The notes beneath the pieces are model-generated. The model did no database searches and was not told the origin of the DNA. It worked only from the letters and a program-made list of their open reading frames with translations. From Euglena gracilis (lineage: Eukaryota): a stretch of 64,000 bases of DNA. Below are positions 60,913-64,000 of this stretch, piece after piece. Every line of letters starts with the position of its first letter. The first letter of the stretch is position 1. The translations under genes and the position numbers were made by a program. The DNA lies in contig CP154954.1 of NCBI GenBank assembly GCA_039621445.1, positions 4,640,714 to 4,704,713 on the forward strand, in the 5' to 3' direction.

Positions 60913-62524
60913 ATGGCGACGTATTTTCTTGCGCAGGTGCAAAAATGGGAAAAAACGTGAGCAAAAAATGGTGTTCAAATTGCAAAAGGGTGGGCCAGGG
61001 CCATGGATTCACTTAAAACTTGTGTGACCCCACCCCCCTTGGGGGTGGGTTTTCGAGAGTGGGTGGGTGGGTGGCTCACCCCCCCTCCCCCCAGTGGCCA
61101 GTGGGGGGTGGGGGGCACTTTTCCCCGGGCCTAAATCACCCACCCACTTTTTTCCTCTCTCGAAAACCCACCCACCCACCCACCCAACCCCCTCCGGTCA
61201 ACCACCCACCCACTCACCCAAAAATCCAGCCGGAAGCGGCCAAAAGCGCTGAAAATTGTTTTCTAGCCCGGCCTTTGGCCGGGCAAAAAACCTGACCCGC
61301 ACGGTCACTAAGTGAATATATTGCCAGGGCAAATTAGGGTGAAGCATCAATCTTCTTTTTTTTGCACAGCTGGCAGTTTATTGGGGGATTTTGCATTTTC
61401 GATTTTTTTTTTTGGAACCCAGCTCTGCTCCGGGTCAGGCTTAGTTCCAGCCGGGGAACCCATTGGGGGGAGAGGGGGGGGGTCAGCCAGCAGACTGCTT
61501 TCCAGCCAGCACAAGTTTTCTATCCTCTGAGCTGAAATACAGTTGCAAAGCCAGGCTGTAGACATTTGTTGAAAAATATGGATAAAAAAACTGGTCAAAA
61601 ATGGAATTTTTATAATTTTTTGGGGTTTGGGTTCATGTGTTTTTTTTTCCCAGACACCCAGCCTGGCAGGCGGCCAGACCCCCTGGACCAGGCCCAAGCC
61701 TGAGAATTCGCAAATCCCCCGAGTCGGGCCCTTCCCGACACCCGTGGCGTGTCTGGGATCCGTTCAGGACAATTTCCAGGAAACACCAACAGAATCGTCC
61801 CAGACGCCCCCACCCTGGGGTGCAGGAGGGGGCTTGAGGTGGCGGGGGCGGAGCCATTTGATCATCCGTGTGCTTGATCATTGACCATGAGGACATGGGG
61901 GGGTTCTGGACCCCCCCCCCCCACATCCTCACTGGGGGAAGCTCCCTTTGATCCGCTGCCCAAGTCGGATGCCAGGGACCACCTCAAAGGCCCGTGCATC
62001 ATTGCCTGAACCCGCTTTCTCCGGTGTCAACTTCCTATGGTGCCTAACCTCATCCCAACGAAGACGGGTATCTCCTAATCGGCCAGTGGAATTTCTTGAC
62101 CCCCCCCCCCCCGGTCTGCTTGCAGCTCCAGCTGGGAAAATGACTTTCCATCAACCGGCGCGAGGCGCCAGAAATTTTATTGACACCTTCCAAAATTACC
62201 ATTTTTTTTGGTATTTCGGGTTTTTTGGGGGGAGCAAATCAGCAAACAAAAAAGCATGTCCCACTGTTGTGACCATGTCTCAAACACACAACTTGCTGGA
62301 CCACTCTCTTGCAGGCAATGAATTGTGCTTGGGCTTCCAATGCCACTGGTTGCTGCGAAAAGAGACAGGTTATTTGCTCTTAGTTTTGGTTGCATTCTCT
62401 TTGGTTCCCACCCTAATCTTCCCCCTCTGCTCTCTCTAGCTTTCCCTCCTCCCCCTCGACGCATATTGAGTCGTTTGCGACGCGGAGGGCAGGGGTCAGT
62501 CAACTTGCTACTTGTCACAGCCAG

Positions 62525-62550
62525 CATATATATGTATATATGTATATGGG

Positions 62551-62582
<32 letters not shown>

Positions 62583-62858
62583 TGTATGTATGTATGTATG
62601 TATGTATGTATGTATGTATGTATGTATGTATGTATGTATGTATGTATGTATGTATGTATGCATGTTTATGTCTGTCTGATCTGCTCTGTCTGTCTGTCTG
62701 TCTGTCTGCTCTGTCTGTCTGTCTGTATGTCTGTCTGTCTGTCTGTCTGTCTGTCTTCTGTCTGTCTGTCTTGTCTGTCTGTCTCTGTCTGTGTGTCTGG
62801 TCTGTCTGTGCTGTCTGCCTGCCTGCCTGCCTGCCTTCCTGCCTGCCTCTGTCTTCTG

Positions 62859-62896
<38 letters not shown>

Positions 62897-62990
62897 TCTC
62901 GTCTGTCTGTATTTCTGTCTGTCTGTCGATATGTCTTTCTGTCTGTCTAGTCTGTCTGTCTGTCATGTCGTGTCGTCTGTCTGTCTGTCC

Positions 62991-63022
<32 letters not shown>

Positions 63023-63111
63023 CTGTCTGTCTGTCTGTCTGTCTGTCTGTCTTCTGTCTGTCTGTCCTGTCCTGTCGGTCTGTCTGTCTGTCGGTCTGTC
63101 TGTCTGTCTGC

Positions 63112-63164
<53 letters not shown>

Positions 63165-63280
63165 GGTGTCTGTCTGTCTGTCTGTCTGTCTGTCCCTGTC
63201 TGTGTCCTGTCGGTCTGTCTGTCTGTTGTCTGTCTTTCCTGTCCAGGTCTTCTGTCTGTCTGCTCTGTCTGTCTTTGACC
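62525..63280 (+). repeat. (TATG)n followed by degenerate (TCTG)n microsatellite
   Basis: Read directly from the sequence. Confidence 0.97.
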
Positions 63281-64000
63281 GCAGAGTGCGAACAAAGCCA
63301 GCAGATATGGCATTTCCCCTTTTCAATCCATGCCCTCCCCACACAACCTCCAACGGCTTAATATATGTGTTTCTCTCAATGTGCCTTGTGTTGTGCCTTG
63401 TCAAGGGGTACCTTCCAGCAGATCCCAATGATCTCATTACTCGCTGAATTAACTGCAACAAATTCTTCCATGAATGAGCAAAAATACCAAATCCTTCACA
63501 ATTGAACACCCTCTTAATCTTTTTTGTGACACTATTGTATTTTTTATAGTGGACTCGAACCAATTTTTTCTTCCACTAGGGCAGAAATCTATAATTTCAC
63601 CAGAGAAGCATTGAAGGTTTGCTTTTGTTAGGCCCACAACACCTTGATTAATTTGGAGTGGTGCAGAAAATGCATGACATGTAGCACCAATTTTTTCCAA
63701 TTCGGGCCACTTTGAGTAAAGTTAGTTCAAGTGAGCAAGTATTGTAGTGTATGAGCAAGTATCGTTGTATTTCCGGCCATTTCCGGCCTCTTTGGTGGTT
63801 TTCGGACATCTTCACCATCTTTGGCCATTGCTGGCTATTTTGGGGCCATTTCAGGTCATTTTATGTCATTTTGGTCACTGCTGTTTCTTGGGTTATTTTT
63901 TTGCATTTTTTTGCATCCATATTTTTTCATTTCTGCGGTGATTTTGGTTGGTTCAGTTTTGGGTCCCAGTGCCGTCCAAACAAACCAATTTCAACTTGAA

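Larger units (their letters stand above)
49755..64000 (+). repeat. Segmental duplication, copy 2 (colinear with 19725-35095)
   Basis: Same ordered anchors as copy 1, with independent insertions. Confidence 0.9.

Overview
Eukaryotic, transposon-saturated DNA. It carries a (CCCTAA)n tract and candidate 44-46 nt GT-AG introns, and no intact host gene or RNA gene was recognised. The first ~10.5 kb is a nested stack. A tyrosine-recombinase (YR) retrotransposon with YR upstream of RT/RNaseH and split direct repeats (VIPER/TATE-like order) is split by a 5'-truncated CRE-clade non-LTR retrotransposon with a 12-bp TSD. That element's 3' UTR is interrupted by a 4.2-kb TIR element carrying a second, divergent CRE element. 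The two CRE elements share a ~59-nt structured 3' terminus. At 10.5-14.7 kb lie an intron-containing pogo-like transposase pseudogene, a GIY-YIG-like ORF that appears only after removing a MITE, and a convergent spliced pseudogene, the last two bracketed by G-rich 29-bp arrays. A degenerate histidine-phosphatase gene lies at ~18.2-19 kb. The rest is two old segmental duplications (~19.7-35.1 kb vs ~49.8-64 kb; ~36.6-40.5 kb vs ~41.6-45.5 kb) riddled with many MITE families and microsatellites. A euglenozoan-type protist host is plausible from the TATE-like plus CRE elements, but this is inference only. Frameshifts in homopolymer runs could be sequencing errors.
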